A program made the position numbers and the translations under genes. A stretch of DNA of 64,000 nt from Sphyrna mokarran (Eukaryota), in NCBI GenBank assembly GCA_024679065.1, contig JAGIQG010000009.1, positions 58,218,001-58,282,000 of the forward strand, in the 5' to 3' direction. Positions 63,786 through 64,000 of the stretch are shown here, in pieces. The notes below the pieces were generated by a model. The model was not told the DNA's origin and made no database searches. It was given only the letters and a program-made list of their open reading frames with translations. The first letter of the stretch is position 1. The number at the start of each line of letters is the position of its first letter.

Positions 63786-64000
63786 GATGTATGAAGCTGA
63801 TCTCCATTCATGCAATACAATATGTACTATGCAGAGTTCTGCACTGCAAACACTAATTTGTAAAAATTATAAATTGCATTTTAAACATATTGAAAAGATG
63901 TTTACAATATCAGGAAACATTTTGCACTACAAAATTCTTTCCTGTATACTGAATTACACACCAATTTTAATGCATGTTTGGGTACAAAAGCTTAGTCTTA

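Overview
Vertebrate genomic DNA, almost certainly from a shark or other elasmobranch (HE1-type V-SINEs, young CR1 LINEs with (TTCTATG)n tails, many Harbinger elements and MITEs). The window lies inside a GLIS-family zinc-finger transcription factor gene on the minus strand, most likely GLIS1. Three phase-compatible coding exons (61304-61163, 56306-56138, 9253-9078) encode the region C-terminal to the zinc fingers and are separated by introns of about 4.9 kb and 46.9 kb. The ORF track misses two of them. The rest is mostly nested transposable elements: hAT/Buster, Harbinger, Gmr1-like Gypsy plus LTRs, CR1, L2, Rex1-like, Penelope-like, Vingi-like and several SINEs. I found no clear-cut novel biological system. 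The best leads are: an inverted pair of young intact-frame CR1 copies in the intron, a mosaic patch between them, an LTR-CR1 chimeric ORF with its own Kozak ATG and in-frame splice acceptors, a Penelope-type hammerhead-like hairpin, and ancient SINE relics or motif clusters as candidate enhancers. Exon boundaries were read base by base. Repeat boundaries are approximate, and family names come from recalled consensus motifs, not a database search.
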